Below are positions 25,770 through 38,531 of a stretch of 64,000 nucleotides of DNA, piece after piece (position 1 is the first letter of the stretch; each line of letters starts with the position of its first letter). Below the pieces are notes generated by a model that was not told where the DNA came from, made no database searches, and worked only from the letters and a program-made list of their open reading frames with translations. The DNA is from Schmidtea polychroa (Eukaryota). The DNA is taken from positions 73,098,001 through 73,162,000 of the forward strand of contig CM097887.1 in NCBI GenBank assembly GCA_044892525.1. Direction: 5' to 3'. Made by a program: the position numbers and the translations under genes.

Positions 25770-26480
25770 AGTGTGTTTAGGATGGTGTCCATGTATATGT
25801 TGTAACTTGCTGCAATCGCTGTTTTTATGCATTTTTTGCAAGTATTTTAATCTCATTGTCAGTTATTCCTATATCTCTTAAAGGTTTATCATTATCATTA
25901 TCCCATGTACCCAATGTACATACAAATAGTGCAGAGAGTGTTGTTTTAGTCTTATTTGCTATGCTAGTCGCAAAAGCTAAGTTTCTATATTTTGCAAGGT
26001 TGTCAGCTCTTGCCTTTTTAAAATTTTCCAGTGTGTCATAAGGTACTTTAATATCAAGTAAGTGTAACTTATTGTTTCTTTTTGATTTTATAATTAGGTC
26101 GGGTCTTAGTGTTGTTTAGGATAGTTCCTGGTGGTTCTCTTTCTGTGTTTACATTAAAATGTTTAGAAGTGAGATAGTTAAGTGTTTCATCTAATGTTCT
26201 ATTGTCTTTGTTTCTTCTTGCATTTTGTGTGTGTGCAGTGGTTGAAAATATGTGTTTGTGTTTCCCAGTCTTTGTTGCATAAACTACAGAGTATGTTTTG
26301 TTGTTCTTTGTGTTTATTTATGCTATAGTTAAGACTGACCATGTTATTGCGTTCTTTGATATTGCTTGCCTGAAAGGTTTTGGAATTTAATCGGGTATGC
26401 CTTCTACTGTACCCCATGAACCCAGAGGCTCGACGGGTCATTATTAATTTTTATTACAGAGGTCACCTTTTACAGACAGG
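25770..26480 (-). mobile_element. 3' fragment of a restriction-like-endonuclease non-LTR retrotransposon (NeSL/R2/R4-type), disrupted
   Basis: CSLCNKDWETQTHIFNHC zinc knuckle followed by RPDLII...LLDIKVPYD...AR...KY..LA...TLGTWDNDND (PD-(D/E)xK REL motif). Confidence 0.8.
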
Positions 26481-26703
26481 TACCCGCTAAATCACAGTAA
26501 CAACGCGATGGGCGTTAAGTAGCCTTTTAAAATAACTATGCCCAGTTGCTAGGGGATTTAAATATAGCGAAAGTGTTGGACAGTTTAACAACCAAAAGTG
26601 GAAGATTCTCTCCATACATAACCCACCAAAGACAAAACGAATTACGAAATTATTGGAGATAACACTGGCAGATCCAAAGAAAAATTTAAACAAATTATTC
26701 AAG

Positions 26704-27593
26704 TGTTGAGGATACCTAAATGATAAATAGCATAATAAATATGTAAATTACCCGGGGGAAGATCGTCATGACAAACGGGACGATCTATGGGAACTCAGAA
26801 AAGAAGACGGAAGTAAAAAGAAATGAGAAATGAGAAAGAGTAAGGAAACAAAAGAAATCAAACAGGAAAACAAAAACAAAAGTCAGTACTAATTAATTAG
26901 TACAAAGGAGAAAAAAGGAATTTCAAATTCCAGAAAAACAAAATATAGGAAAAAAGCCGTATCTTGACAGTTTGTCAAAGATAGTGGAATTGACGGGAGA
27001 AGGCGGCCTAACAAAAAAAGAAAATAGACATCTGTCAGAGATAAATTGGAAATAGTCGGGAAATGCAGGAAAAAGAAAAGTGGAAAACATTTGATTATCT
27101 CTAGTGCCAAAAATAAAACAAGCTATATAAAGAGAAACTGGTGGACACAAATACAGAAAAAAAGAGACAAAATATTAGACGGTAATTTATTGGCGAACGT
27201 AACGGAAAACGAGTCAAGAGTCTACGGAAAGAAGAGATAAACTAACGGAGAAAATTAATGAAGATATTGTGGGAGAAATTTTATAGAAGTCATTGAAACG
27301 GGTATTTATTGGAAGCCGATTTGTTGGAAAATAATTGTAAAGGAATAATTGTTGGAAAAGATTTCCAAAAAAGAATTAGTTGAGAAATAAACGAAAAGTT
27401 ATTTGAATATTTGAATAAAGTTTTCGAAGGTCAAAGAAAACAACCAACTCAAAGTCCCAGTCGATAAACCAATCAGTAATTAGTGATCTTTCAATCAGTG
27501 TTATACACAAATGATATTCCACACTGAGTGTTGTAATAAGCATTGTATAGTCACCGAACAGAGTGTTGAATTGATTTTCAGTGTAAAGTGAAA
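26704..27593. mobile_element. LTR relic, homologous to 33770-34718, 3' end diverged or truncated
   Basis: Shares TGTTGAGGATACCTAAAT, GGAAGATCGTCATGACAAACGGGA, CAAAGTCCCAGT.GATAAACCAATCAGTAATT and TCAGTGTAAAGTGAA with the second copy. Confidence 0.75.
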
Positions 27594-27862
27594 ATTAAAC
27601 GCTCATTCACAATATTCTTAGTCACATCTATGGTATAAAATAAATTTTTTATCCTTTGACTCTTTAAATTTGTTATTAAATTTGTTATTTAAAATTGTTA
27701 TACAAATTAATTTTATTTAAAATACAATAATAATGAATTATTAATCTTTCAAAGTCTTATAAAACTTTTAAACTAATTCTTTAATTGTAAAAAATCCATC
27801 AAAGCTTTAAAATATATTTTACTAGGTCATTTATAGTTTATGTAATAAAGCAAAAGTTTAAA

Positions 27863-28508
27863 ATGTCTGAAAATGCTGATTTTTTTACCAATATATCAAA
27901 ATATGATTATGGGACGTATAAAAAAAGTGATGACTTGCAAAGAAAACCAGAATTTATAAATCATATTATACAAATTGATGACACATTAACTTCTATAGCA
28001 ATCAAATATAATGTTTCAGTAAGTTTATTATTTATTGCCTGGAATTTTTCTGTATAATTTGATTTTAGACAGGAGCGTTAAAACAGTTCAATAATATGTT
28101 TTCCAACGAGATTTCTTTTATGAAAGCGATAAAAATCCCAGTCGAAAAGAACACTGATATAAAGGCAACTTACGTTGAACAGGTGAATCATTTAGCAAAA
28201 CCAGATTTAATCAAAGATTATATAAAAAATGATGAAACTAGTCACCATCAAAATGATATACAAACGAATAATTCATTTCTTGATAAAATGGATCAAGAAA
28301 TTTTAAAAGCAAAATTAAATCTTGATAAATTGAATCAGCGCAGGTAATTTTCAACTTTTAAACATTTCTGTAAAATTATACATATTTTTAATTTCTTTCA
28401 AATATTTAAATGAAATATTTTTTTAATTGATTATTTAAGTGCATGAATTGTTAATTAATTTTTAATTGATTAATTAATTTTTAATTTTATTAATTTTGTT
28501 TCAGGTGA
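27863..28508 (+). CDS. LysM-domain protein (LYSMD1/2-like); exons 27863-28018, 28069-28343, 28505-28508 (or stop at 28347 if the last intron is retained)
   Basis: HIIQIDDTLTSIAIKYNVS|TGALKQFNNMFSNEISFMKAIKIP is a LysM motif across a 50-bp GT-AG intron. Confidence 0.82.
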
Positions 28509-28979
28509 ATCTTAGTTGTTGGTCATTTTATTAATTGTAAAGATATTAACTGTAACAATATATTATAATAAATATTATTGACATGACCGCGTAAAAATAA
28601 TTAAATTAATAAATAAAGCTGTATATTATGAAAAATGAACCAATTTTAAATTTTATTATTTGCAAGGATCCATTTAATAGTATTATGTATGTTAATAATA
28701 AATGTAAAACAGAATTTAATTTTACATAAGGAATTATAGTTTGATTTAATTTATCTATTTTTTGCCTGCTGTATATTGCAATGTGGTTCCAAATCATACC
28801 AGGGGTCGCCTGAGACCTGAAAACTATTTTTTTATATAAATAAACGTAATTTTTGTTAAATTTTACAATTTACAAGTGCATTTTTAAAAATATTAACCAA
28901 AAAATATAGCAAATTGTTGTGTTGATAAATTATTATACAGTAAAATCTTTTTTTACACGATTTTGAAATAACACGGTTC

Positions 28980-29270
28980 GTCAAGAAGAAATTTTTTGAA
29001 GAAGTTTATTGAAGGAAGAAAATCTAGAAGTAACTGACAATGAAAATATATATCAACATGGATATCGTGTGAAAGCGCTTAGAAACCATAGACTGGAGAA
29101 GGAGGGAAAAGCAAAAGAGACACGCCGGTACTATTGAGGCTGCTATAAAAGAAAACAGAAGAAAGAAATAAACAAAAACATGGTAAAGAAGGTATTAACA
29201 TTCTGCATCGACTGTGTTAGTTGTCCTCATATTTGTTTGGACTGTTTTAATAAGGAGAATCATAAATAAA
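28980..29270 (+). pseudogene. piggyBac transposase C-terminal cysteine-rich domain relic
   Basis: RRYY*GCY...KKVLTFCIDCVSCPHICLDCFNKENH resembles the piggyBac/PGBD CxxC...CxxC...CxxCF...H domain. Confidence 0.6.
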
Positions 29271-30712
29271 TTATATTTTGATACTTTGTTTATATTATTT
29301 TGTATTATTGTAACCTCAACAAAGTGAAATATGTTGAGAACCCCACATGTTGACTAATCTAGAAGCCCAGTACTGAAAATCTAATTTATTGGATCAGAGA
29401 GGCCATCTCACTGTGGAAAAGTTTATTGAAAGAGTGGCCACCGCGAAGCAACCAGCACACCGAATCAAGAATACGCAGTCGGTCATAATGACTACCGTGG
29501 CTCCTGAGTACAGTGTTTCTGGCGGCCATGTTAAATAAATTAAAATCTTTAGTCTCATTAATCTCATTAATTATTTAAGACGAACCAATAAATCATTAGA
29601 GAATCTCAGAGATGACAAATTAAGTACATCGGGTAGTAAAAGTTGCTGACAAAACCAAATTAGATGGTAATTTAAAATTATAAAAAGGTGACATCCTTTG
29701 GTTTCTACCCCGGAGTTTCTTATAAAATTGATTAAACGAAATGTATTTCTTTGTGATTCAATAAAATAGTTGTACTGGTTTCATTAATTTACTATTGAAC
29801 ACAAGAAGCCAGATCGAGGGATATTTCCTACCGATACTTTATCCTTCCATTATAACATTATTCTGGGTGCTTTTTTTTGACAAAAATTAATTTCCAAAGA
29901 ATAGTTTGAAGTGTAAGTTATGGTTAGGGAAATTGATTTTGCACTATCCCATCTCTGAAATGCTATTTGTGCATTATTTATTTTGACGAAAATTAAATGA
30001 ATACATAATTTCTGTAACTCAAAAATTACATATTTTCAGAATTTTAAATGATTTCTTTTTCACATGTCTAAATAGTTGAATAAATTATATAAAATATGAG
30101 TAAGATCTTTTCAAATATGTAGATGCAGCTAAAAAAAACATGTGCAATATAGTATTTTTTTTTAATAATTTAAATGTCTCAAAGTAAAATGTTAGAATTT
30201 AAACATACTTTCATGAACTAAGCTAGGATAACGTTTGAATACTGATAATAAGTATATAACAATATATTAGCTATAAAGTGATTCACAATGGCTATTGATA
30301 ATTGAGAAGTGTACTTAATTAACTAAAAAATAAACCATATATAATTATAAATAAAAAACAAAATTAGGAAAGATATTACCGAAATATGAATTTACTACAA
30401 TTTTACTGCATTACACTATGATTGGTAAGCAATATTTTATCTCCAGAAGGGGCATATTGTTTGATATATTTTTGTTGAATTTTTATTTTTGTAAAAATTT
30501 GTTTTAATTACTTTTTATATTAAAAATTGCAAAATTTCAACAACAACAACTGACTGGTCTGTGAAATGATAATATTTCCCTCATAGTTTTCAGTAACAGT
30601 TAAGCATTTTCTTTTCTGTAAAATCGAAAGAAATTCCACTTTCAAGAGTTCAACCGAAATAGCACCGTATGTTATTCAAATGAACTCTGTATCTACTTTT
30701 TAATAAATCCCC

Positions 30713-31072
30713 GGTACTTCCGTGTTATCTTACCCCAAAAAATTAAATTATAAAATACAATTAAAATAACAATATAAAAAATGAGAGAATATATTATTGA
30801 TGACGTTATTGAACATTATTGAACATGAATTTATTAAGGCTATCTGTGATTTATGTGATTATGTGAGTTTATGTGGCGCAAACGTGTTCTAAGCAGCAGT
30901 GCCGATGTGTTCGACACTATTCTCAACGACATTGTGGTTTCCTGGCCACCTGGATGACCATTTACAAACTCTACAAACATTTGATGAGTTTGTAACTGTG
31001 ATTTAGAAAATAAATATAATAATTATGTGTTTTTTAATTTAATTTTTGGGGGTAAGATAACACGGAAGTACC
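30713..31072 (+). mobile_element. Merlin (IS1595-like) non-autonomous deletion derivative, 360 bp
   Basis: About 35-bp TIR GGTACTTCCGTGTTATCTTACCCC.AAAAATTAAA. Perfect 8-bp TSD AAATCCCC. Internal LCEFMWRKR...VFDTILNDIVVSWP matches the Merlin transposase C-terminus. Confidence 0.88.
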
Positions 31073-33511
31073 AAATCCCCTTGTTAATTTTTAATATTCT
31101 TCCTAATCTAAAGAAATTTTACAATTTACCCTAGCAGTTTATTTCTTGTTGATGGTTAATTTTCAAAGGATTTAATTAATGCATCTAGCAAATAGCGTTT
31201 TCCGTTTTCTTTTAATTTTATCAATAATTTCACTGAAGTTCATAAAAATGTTTTAATTTAATAATAAAACCAATAGATTTATAACAAAATTTTAATTTAA
31301 AATATTTTGTTATAAATCTATTGATTTTATGAAGGCTTTTTCAATGAAAATAAATTAACAAATGTATTAAACTATTGAAACCTAATTAAAACTAAACAAA
31401 AATTGTTATCTTCGATCAGGAGTGCAAAATAAAAAACTTCTTGTTTTCTGTGAAAGATCTGATCTTTTATCTTAATAATTTTATATTTATGATAAAAAGC
31501 AAATCAATGATATAATTTAATTGAAAACTTATGGAATATAAAACAACCCCAAATAATATTTACAGAATGTTGGTAAATACAATATGTCATTAGCTGGTTG
31601 AATAAATGCATGAATCGTGATGTTTTAGAATGATCTTTAATTTGAACTTTTATTGGTGTGAATGATATAATTTTGATCGATATTTTATTTTTATATCTGT
31701 AATTGGACATTTATGTCAATAATATCCTATAAATTTCGGGTCAAATTCTCTGATCTATTGACCGGTATTATGTCATTTCAATGCCAAATGAAGCAGCATG
31801 CTATTTATGCATTGCAAATTCGGTTGGAACCCAATGGATTGCTCGTGATTCAGATTATTACATTTTTACCAATCTATCATTATCTGTGAAATAGGCCCGG
31901 TATTCAATTGAAATATACATACAAAATATTAAGCATTATTTTCGATATTTTATCCAAAACAATAAAGGAAACACGTGATCATATGTTATAAAATATATTA
32001 TATTAGAAAGGTTGCAATCATCATGGTGCACATTATGTGCTAACAGGAAAATAATAAATCTCAATATAAATTGCTATCTAACATTCGGGTTTCATTATAT
32101 TTTCTAAACCAGCGATTCCCAAACTCTGGTACGCGTACCGGTACTGGTACGCAATAAGTGATGAATTAATAATGAAAACAATATTTTGTGTATTTTTTGC
32201 TAGGTTCATGTTCGATGTAAAAATTTAAAGTACAAGTTTATGTGTATGGGGAGCTTTTATAGAAAACCAGTTTATAATTTAGGAAAACTTTTTTGTGGGA
32301 GGGCTAGTTGTTTTTTGCTCGACAAAATTTTTAAAGAGAAATGTTGAAAAAGTAATTGCTTGAATATCTAAAAAAATTTTATAGGACTAGTTTTTCCGAA
32401 AATATTTACCTTACTATATTCTAATAACAGGTACATCCTCTGTTCTAAACTATATCATATATGTTATATAATTGGGATCTTTTAGTTATTATATTAAATT
32501 TCTAAAATAAAACATTATTTGATAGTAAAAACCTATTTGCTTGACGATTTTCGCGAGAAGGGAATTTTTTTTTAAAAACAAGTCATAATTAAACGATTTT
32601 GATTTGAAATTAATATCAGACATTTGTTGAACTAAGAATTAGGATTAAAACTAAATATGAAATAGCGTGAATAAATAAAAAAGAGAAAACAATAGGAAAC
32701 AACAAAAAGTATCTTAAATATCAAAAATAACTTAAAAATAAATTTAAAATAAATACAATAACGAAATAAAATATAATAATAATAAAACATAGAATTGGAA
32801 TGAAATTAAAAGAATCATAAAACATCAGGATACAGATTAAAGCTGAAAATAACACAAAAATTATCAATTTAATAAAAATATGTAAAAATTACAAATAATA
32901 AAAAGAAAAAAAAACAACTGGAAAATTTCCAGTTTTACTTTATGTGACAAAAGAATTTTAATGCTAATTTTCTTAATGGTTGATGCATAACTGACTAATA
33001 AAATATACTTAACGTGAGTTTGAATTCCTGTTATTAATTGCAAAATTTTTCCTCGACCATTAATTAATTTTTTCGAGAAAACGAATTAATTTATTTTCCT
33101 ACATACCTTAGTGTTAATGAGTAAATAAATTGAATTGAATAAATAATTAACTAGGTTTATTAATTAGTTCAAATAAAATATGTAATCATTCATGAAATTT
33201 TGCATTGAACATGAAAATTAAATACAAATAAAATCATTGTGGTAAACAATTTCATATAGGAACATGTTAATCATTGAAATGTAAATTTAAAGAATTTTTT
33301 AAAGAAAAAATCAATCAGTAAAATGTAATATGAAAGAAAACAATAATTTTATTTTCATTATTTCAAATATTCCATAATTAATAATAGATCTCTCATATAG
33401 TTGAACGTAGCTCTGAAATATGTTAAAACCTTTACAATAATAAATAAACTAGTAAATAACAATTGTAATTTATTTATAAATAAAGGAAACCTATTTTTTA
33501 AAATATATTTT

Positions 33512-33547
33512 TGCAATATATTTCGACAGTTCGGTTGTCATCAGGCA
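33512..33547 (-). ncRNA. Degenerate Penelope-type minimal hammerhead motif
   Basis: Minus strand reads UGC-CUGAUGA-CAACCGAACUGUC-GAA-AUAUAU-U-GCA. Stem II is short or non-canonical (looks like a 3-nt deletion relative to 63610). Confidence 0.45.
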
Positions 33548-33769
33548 TTAAAAATTTCAATAGAGCGATTATATTTTATATATTTATCTTTCGATTTTCA
33601 CATCTGATTTCTTTTCAATTTGCATTGTATTTATAAAAAAAATTGACTTATTCACAAAAGATATCGATGTCTTTTGATCTAAACCACTTGAAAAAGGCTG
33701 TGCCGAAAATTCATGAATTTCAAAAAACATTGATATCTTTACTGATTCTTAGTCAATTTTTTATAAATA

Positions 33770-34718
33770 TGTTGAGGATACCTAAATAACAATTTATAAA
33801 TAAATAAATAAAATTACCTGGTGGAAGATCGTCATGACAAACGGGAAGCAAAAAGAAATGAAACAAAAGAAATTAAACAAGAAAATAAAAACCAAGGTCA
33901 GTACTAATTAATTAGTACGTAAAGGAAAAGGAATTTCGAAATTGGGAAAATAGGAGAAACAACAACATACTTATCTCGACAGCTTGTCAGTGATAACGGA
34001 ATTGCTGGGAGAAGGCGGTGGAACAAAAAAGGAAAAAGTAAAAATATCTTGACAGCCATCAGAGATAAAATTGGAACAGTCGGGAAAGGCAGAAGAAAGA
34101 AAGTGGAAAAACATTTTCTTATCTTGAGTTCCACAGAATAAGCAATCTATATATAAAGAAACTATTGAAGACAAAATTAGAGGCAAAATTGGAGACAAAA
34201 TGGCGCGAAATTGAGACGAAAAGTGAGAGACAAATTGGGAGACAAACTCGGGGGATAAAATTATTGGGGAAAATTAGACAACGTTGGACGAAACGTTATT
34301 GGAGAAACGATTTGTGAAAAATAATTGTAAAGGAAACGATTGTGAAGAATAATTATTTGAGAAGATTTGAAGAAGAGAATTAGTAGAAAATTAGGCGAAA
34401 AGAAGTTACTTGAGTATTTGAATAAATTTGTGAAGGTCAAAGAAAACAACCAGCTCAAAGTCCCAGTTGATAAACCAATCAGTAATTTGTGGTCTTTTAA
34501 TCCGGTGTTATACGCAAGTGCTATTCCTCACTGAGTGTTGTAATAAGCATTGTATAGTCACCAAGCAGACTGTTGAATTGATTGTCAGTGTAAAGTGAAC
34601 GTTATTTGTGATTATCAAATAAAGATTTCTGTTGTCAAGTGTTTTTTGTGGATCAGTCAAAGACACGCTTGGAGTCAGAGTAAACGTTTAAATTTATCAC
34701 CAACTCAACAACCCAACA
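33770..34718. mobile_element. Solo LTR, 949 bp
   Basis: TGTTG...CAACA termini with a 4-bp TSD AATA (33766-69 and 34719-22); homologous to 26704-27593. Confidence 0.75.
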
Positions 34719-35684
34719 AATACAGTGCTTAATAATTATATAACTATATGTTCGGAATCCAATAAAATTTATTAACCCTAATGCAATTAATTAAACATGC
34801 AAAATACTCGTCTCCTGCTGATAGTTCTATTATAGTTTTACGGTTTTCTGAGGGGTTTAAAAATTTTAGAAAAGCTATTTTAAAAAAATTATTGGAAGTG
34901 TCAATGTTAAAATTATTTGAAAGTCCTGTAAAGTTCATGATATGTTCAGTAATAAATCTGTGACTTTGTTTTGTCTATGTCCTGATTTCATATATCATTT
35001 TACTTGAAATGTATGTAATTACAGGTACATAGAAAAGACTACTTGACATCTCTATACATGAGTTCGAAAGAATGCCAAATTGACAGAAAAAAATAATATT
35101 ATTGAGCATAATAAGTGATGCAAGTTAAAAATAGACATTTCCAAATTTAAAGTTTTATCTAAGGGTAATAGTTGTGTGGCCTTGACTTTACCATTTTTGT
35201 TATATTTTTCTTTAATTACATCTTCTATAATTACATTATCTACTCCAAGCCACAATTGTCATGAAAGGTAGCGGCAATTTATGATAAGTTTTCAAAATAC
35301 CAATGATAATATTCAATAGCTACTTTGAATGCTCTTAGCATTTTGACAGGGTATTATATCATAAAATTCATTTGATCAGAATTTTGTGTAAAATTGTATT
35401 CTGAATAAAATTTCAAATTTTTTCGATACATTAATTAAACCCAACAATTTGTAAAGAAATTTATTGAAATATTCTTTTTCAAATTTTCCAAAACAAATGT
35501 TTTGGAAAATTTTCGATAAAAAAAATTTTATCAATTTTTATTGCAATTTTTTAAAAACTAAATTTCTACTTAAACTTCAAATTTATTAAGTAATTACAGA
35601 AAAGTAGTTTTATCAAAATTCTTGGTGGGTACTTGAGTACGAGAGTGCTTGAATTGTTACTAGTCGCTAGTATGATTCTTTCCC

Positions 35685-35938
35685 CAGCGCCGTACTATCG
35701 CAAGTGCAACAAGTGCAATCGCACTGGGCCCCCTATTTTTGAGGGGCCCCAAATATTAAATACATTAGAAAAACTTCTCCAATACCATAAATTACTACGA
35801 ATTGAAAGAAAAAAAAATTTGAAAATTCAAAATTCGTTTAATTTGAAACAAATATACCTAATAATTCAGTTGTTTTTTGCTTCAAAAAAATTTTTTTAGT
35901 TTCTGCACAGGACCCCCAAAAGTTACAGCACGGCGCTG
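35685..35938. mobile_element. hAT-type MITE, 254 bp
   Basis: TIR CAGCGCCGT / ACGGCGCTG; perfect 8-bp TSD TCTTTCCC. Confidence 0.9.
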
Positions 35939-37070
35939 TCTTTCCCTGATATCTTTTTGATTAGTGCCTTGCATTTCTCTTTGGCCCTTTTGTTTTTGAT
36001 GGAATTATTTTATGATTTAGTACAGTTTGATTAATTATGTAAAACTGCTCTGTATTTATTTATTACTTGTTGATTAAAGTTAGAAATTCATATAAAACTT
36101 CTTCTACCTTTCTATTCTCACACATAAGCCTTTTTTGTACACTTCTTTCCCAAAATTTTATTTAATGGGAGTTTTATTTATTTCTTTTTTCAAATTAATT
36201 AATAAATTTTGAAAATATTTAAATTTAGCAAACAAACATTTTTTGGACTGAAAATTTTTCACTTTATATACGAGAAATAGATATCAATTATTGATGATTC
36301 TATTGTGGTTGCCGGGGTTATACAATAGTAGAGGAATTTCACCAGAGATTGTCTGGAAAATCTCTATAAACCATGCACAAATCAATTACGGTAAAATACG
36401 TAGCAAATTTGATCCACTGTTGATCTGGGAATGTTAAAAATAATAACAGGGAAAATCTAATTTTGAATTTATAATTAATTCCACAAACATGATCTTGAGT
36501 TTCTAGTTTTTATTTTCATTGGAAAATTCGAAACTTTTATTTTGTATTTATTTAACTGGAATCAATTTATTACATACAATATATATATATATACAATACT
36601 TGTTATTTATATTATTAATTGTTTCATTTGAAATACTCCTTTGTACTTTCAATTCTTTATAACCACATTTTAATGCTAATCTAGGTGTATGTTTTTCTGG
36701 TTATTGTCACTATATTTTTGATTTAATCTATGATTTAATCTACCCTTTTCCGAAATCGCAAAGTTGTACTATAATTCTCATTGTAGTTGTGAGGAGTTAA
36801 AATTAAAATACTAAATTAAATTAGTTCATGATTAAAATTTGTAAAATTTTAATTGAAACTTAAATTATTTTAAGATATTAAAATTGAAATGATAATTGAA
36901 ATTTTAAAATAAAATAATCTTTAATAAAATTGAAATTCAAGTATGAATGCGATGGTATGTTGATATTTGGTTGAAATTAAAATTTAGAAAATGTCCCAAG
37001 AATATTTGTTTATATAATCAGATTTAATGAAATATAATTTTGGATTTAATAGTCTTAGTAATTTATTTTG

Positions 37071-38189
37071 ATGACAGAAGAATTAAATGTTATAGCTTCT
37101 AACATGGCGACCATTCCAACGGATCTGCTTATTGGAAGATTACTTCCAGAAAAATTCCACAGAGGAGATGACCTCGAATTATTTATCAAAGAATGTCAGA
37201 GGTTCTTTGAAATAACGAAGACACCAGTGAAGACCCAAATGGTACTAGTTATTACACTTCTGGACAGGACTTTGATTGAAGAATATGAAACCGCAGAAGG
37301 TAAAACCGTTGAACAGAAATTAAGAGCAGCTTTTCATCGACCAACGTCATTGATTGATGACTTAAGAGAAGCCTTGAACTACGAGCAAGGTAACGAATCA
37401 GCGGAAATATTTATAGAGAAAATATCAAAAATGACTAAAAAATTGTCCTCACACACTTGGAATGAGGAAGAAATTCAGAAATGTTTGTTGACACATTGTG
37501 TAAAAGATAAAGAAGTCAGGAAAGAAATCGAAATGAAAGATCTCAAAACGGCGGAACAAATTAAAGAAACTATAAAGAAGATAGAAAAAGTTAACAAGGT
37601 TATTGAACAAGTAAACACGATGAGATCAATACGACCTACAACTGGGGGAAGAACTTATAGAGATGTAGTACAAGTTGGAGCTAAGACGAGAAAAATCAAC
37701 GAATGGAAACCAGAGACAAGAATTAAAGTGATAGAATGCTGGACGTGTCGAAAACCGGGACACAGTAGCAGAGAATGTAATATAAAAAGAAGATTTAAAT
37801 GTTATGCATGTGGTGTTGAAGGTCACATACGAAGAGAATGCCCAACAATCAAATGTCATAGATGCAATGCACGAGGACACAAAGAAAGAGAGTGCTACAC
37901 AAATATGGAAAGACGAAATCAAGGAAGAGATCGAGACCAAAGGAAGATGTCAGGAGGAAGAATTCAAAGAAATACCTATCAACAAAGGGAAGATATGTAT
38001 CAATCAAGGAATGTACATCAAAGACAATGGGGAAACCAACAATATAACAGAAAAGATATTGCAGCTATCGAGTCTGATGATGAGATGATGAATACAAAAC
38101 AGTCAAGCCAGCCAGACGAGTATAACAGGGAGAATGACCCAAACGAGCACGCTCCGTCAAACGGGACATTGATCGGAGCAATTTACTAA
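37071..38189 (+). CDS. gag: Gag with three CCHC zinc knuckles (copy A)
   Basis: CWTCRKPGHSSREC, CYACGVEGHIRREC, CHRCNARGHKEREC. In-frame ATGs at 37071 (inside the LTR) and 37104. Confidence 0.92.
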   Translation: MTEELNVIASNMATIPTDLLIGRLLPEKFHRGDDLELFIKECQRFFEITKTPVKTQMVLVITLLDRTLIEEYETAEGKTVEQKLRAAFHRPTSLIDDLREALNYEQGNESAEIFIEKISKMTKKLSSHTWNEEEIQKCLLTHCVKDKEVRKEIEMKDLKTAEQIKETIKKIEKVNKVIEQVNTMRSIRPTTGGRTYRDVVQVGAKTRKINEWKPETRIKVIECWTCRKPGHSSRECNIKRRFKCYACGVEGHIRRECPTIKCHRCNARGHKERECYTNMERRNQGRDRDQRKMSGGRIQRNTYQQREDMYQSRNVHQRQWGNQQYNRKDIAAIESDDEMMNTKQSSQPDEYNRENDPNEHAPSNGTLIGAIY

Positions 38190-38212
38190 GTAATATTGAT
38201 TTCAACCAAAGA

Positions 38213-38527
38213 ATGAATGCTAACGGTATGTGTAATTTAAGTATGTATGATGATTGTATGATTGATAAAGATTGTAGTGTTTTTGAACGTGATATTAATA
38301 ATAATAGTAGTGTAGAAATCAAAAAGTCGAATGATAAGGAAATTCAGAAAAAATTTAAAGAGGAGTGTAAAGTAAATGAATTAGTAAAACACGAGGAAAG
38401 AACTATAGAGAAAATTTACAAATTCCTCAAGAAAAATGGAGACGTGTGTATTAATGAAATTGTAGAAGATACTAGAGAGCAGAATATTTTGTCAGTAGAA
38501 GAACAAAAAAGTCCAGTAATAACATAA
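38213..38527 (+). CDS. Intervening ORF between gag and pol, in the -1 frame relative to gag
   Basis: 104-aa ORF, identical in copy B. Frame is open from at least 38138 and overlaps the gag 3' end. Confidence 0.5.
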   Translation: MNANGMCNLSMYDDCMIDKDCSVFERDINNNSSVEIKKSNDKEIQKKFKEECKVNELVKHEERTIEKIYKFLKKNGDVCINEIVEDTREQNILSVEEQKSPVIT

Positions 38528-38531
38528 TATA

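Noticed and set aside
26889-27240. Hydrophobic Phe/Leu-rich ORFs recurring at 33904-34458
   Set aside because: Reverse-strand readings of the A/G-rich LTR repeat; no conserved start, stop or domain.
34744-35330. Minus-strand ORFs that look protein-like
   Set aside because: Multiple in-frame stops, no family recognised, no consistent splice model.
35633-35899. ORF with an apparent CxxC (RKCNKCNR), duplicated at 60225-60512
   Set aside because: Reads through a hAT MITE terminus; chance frame.
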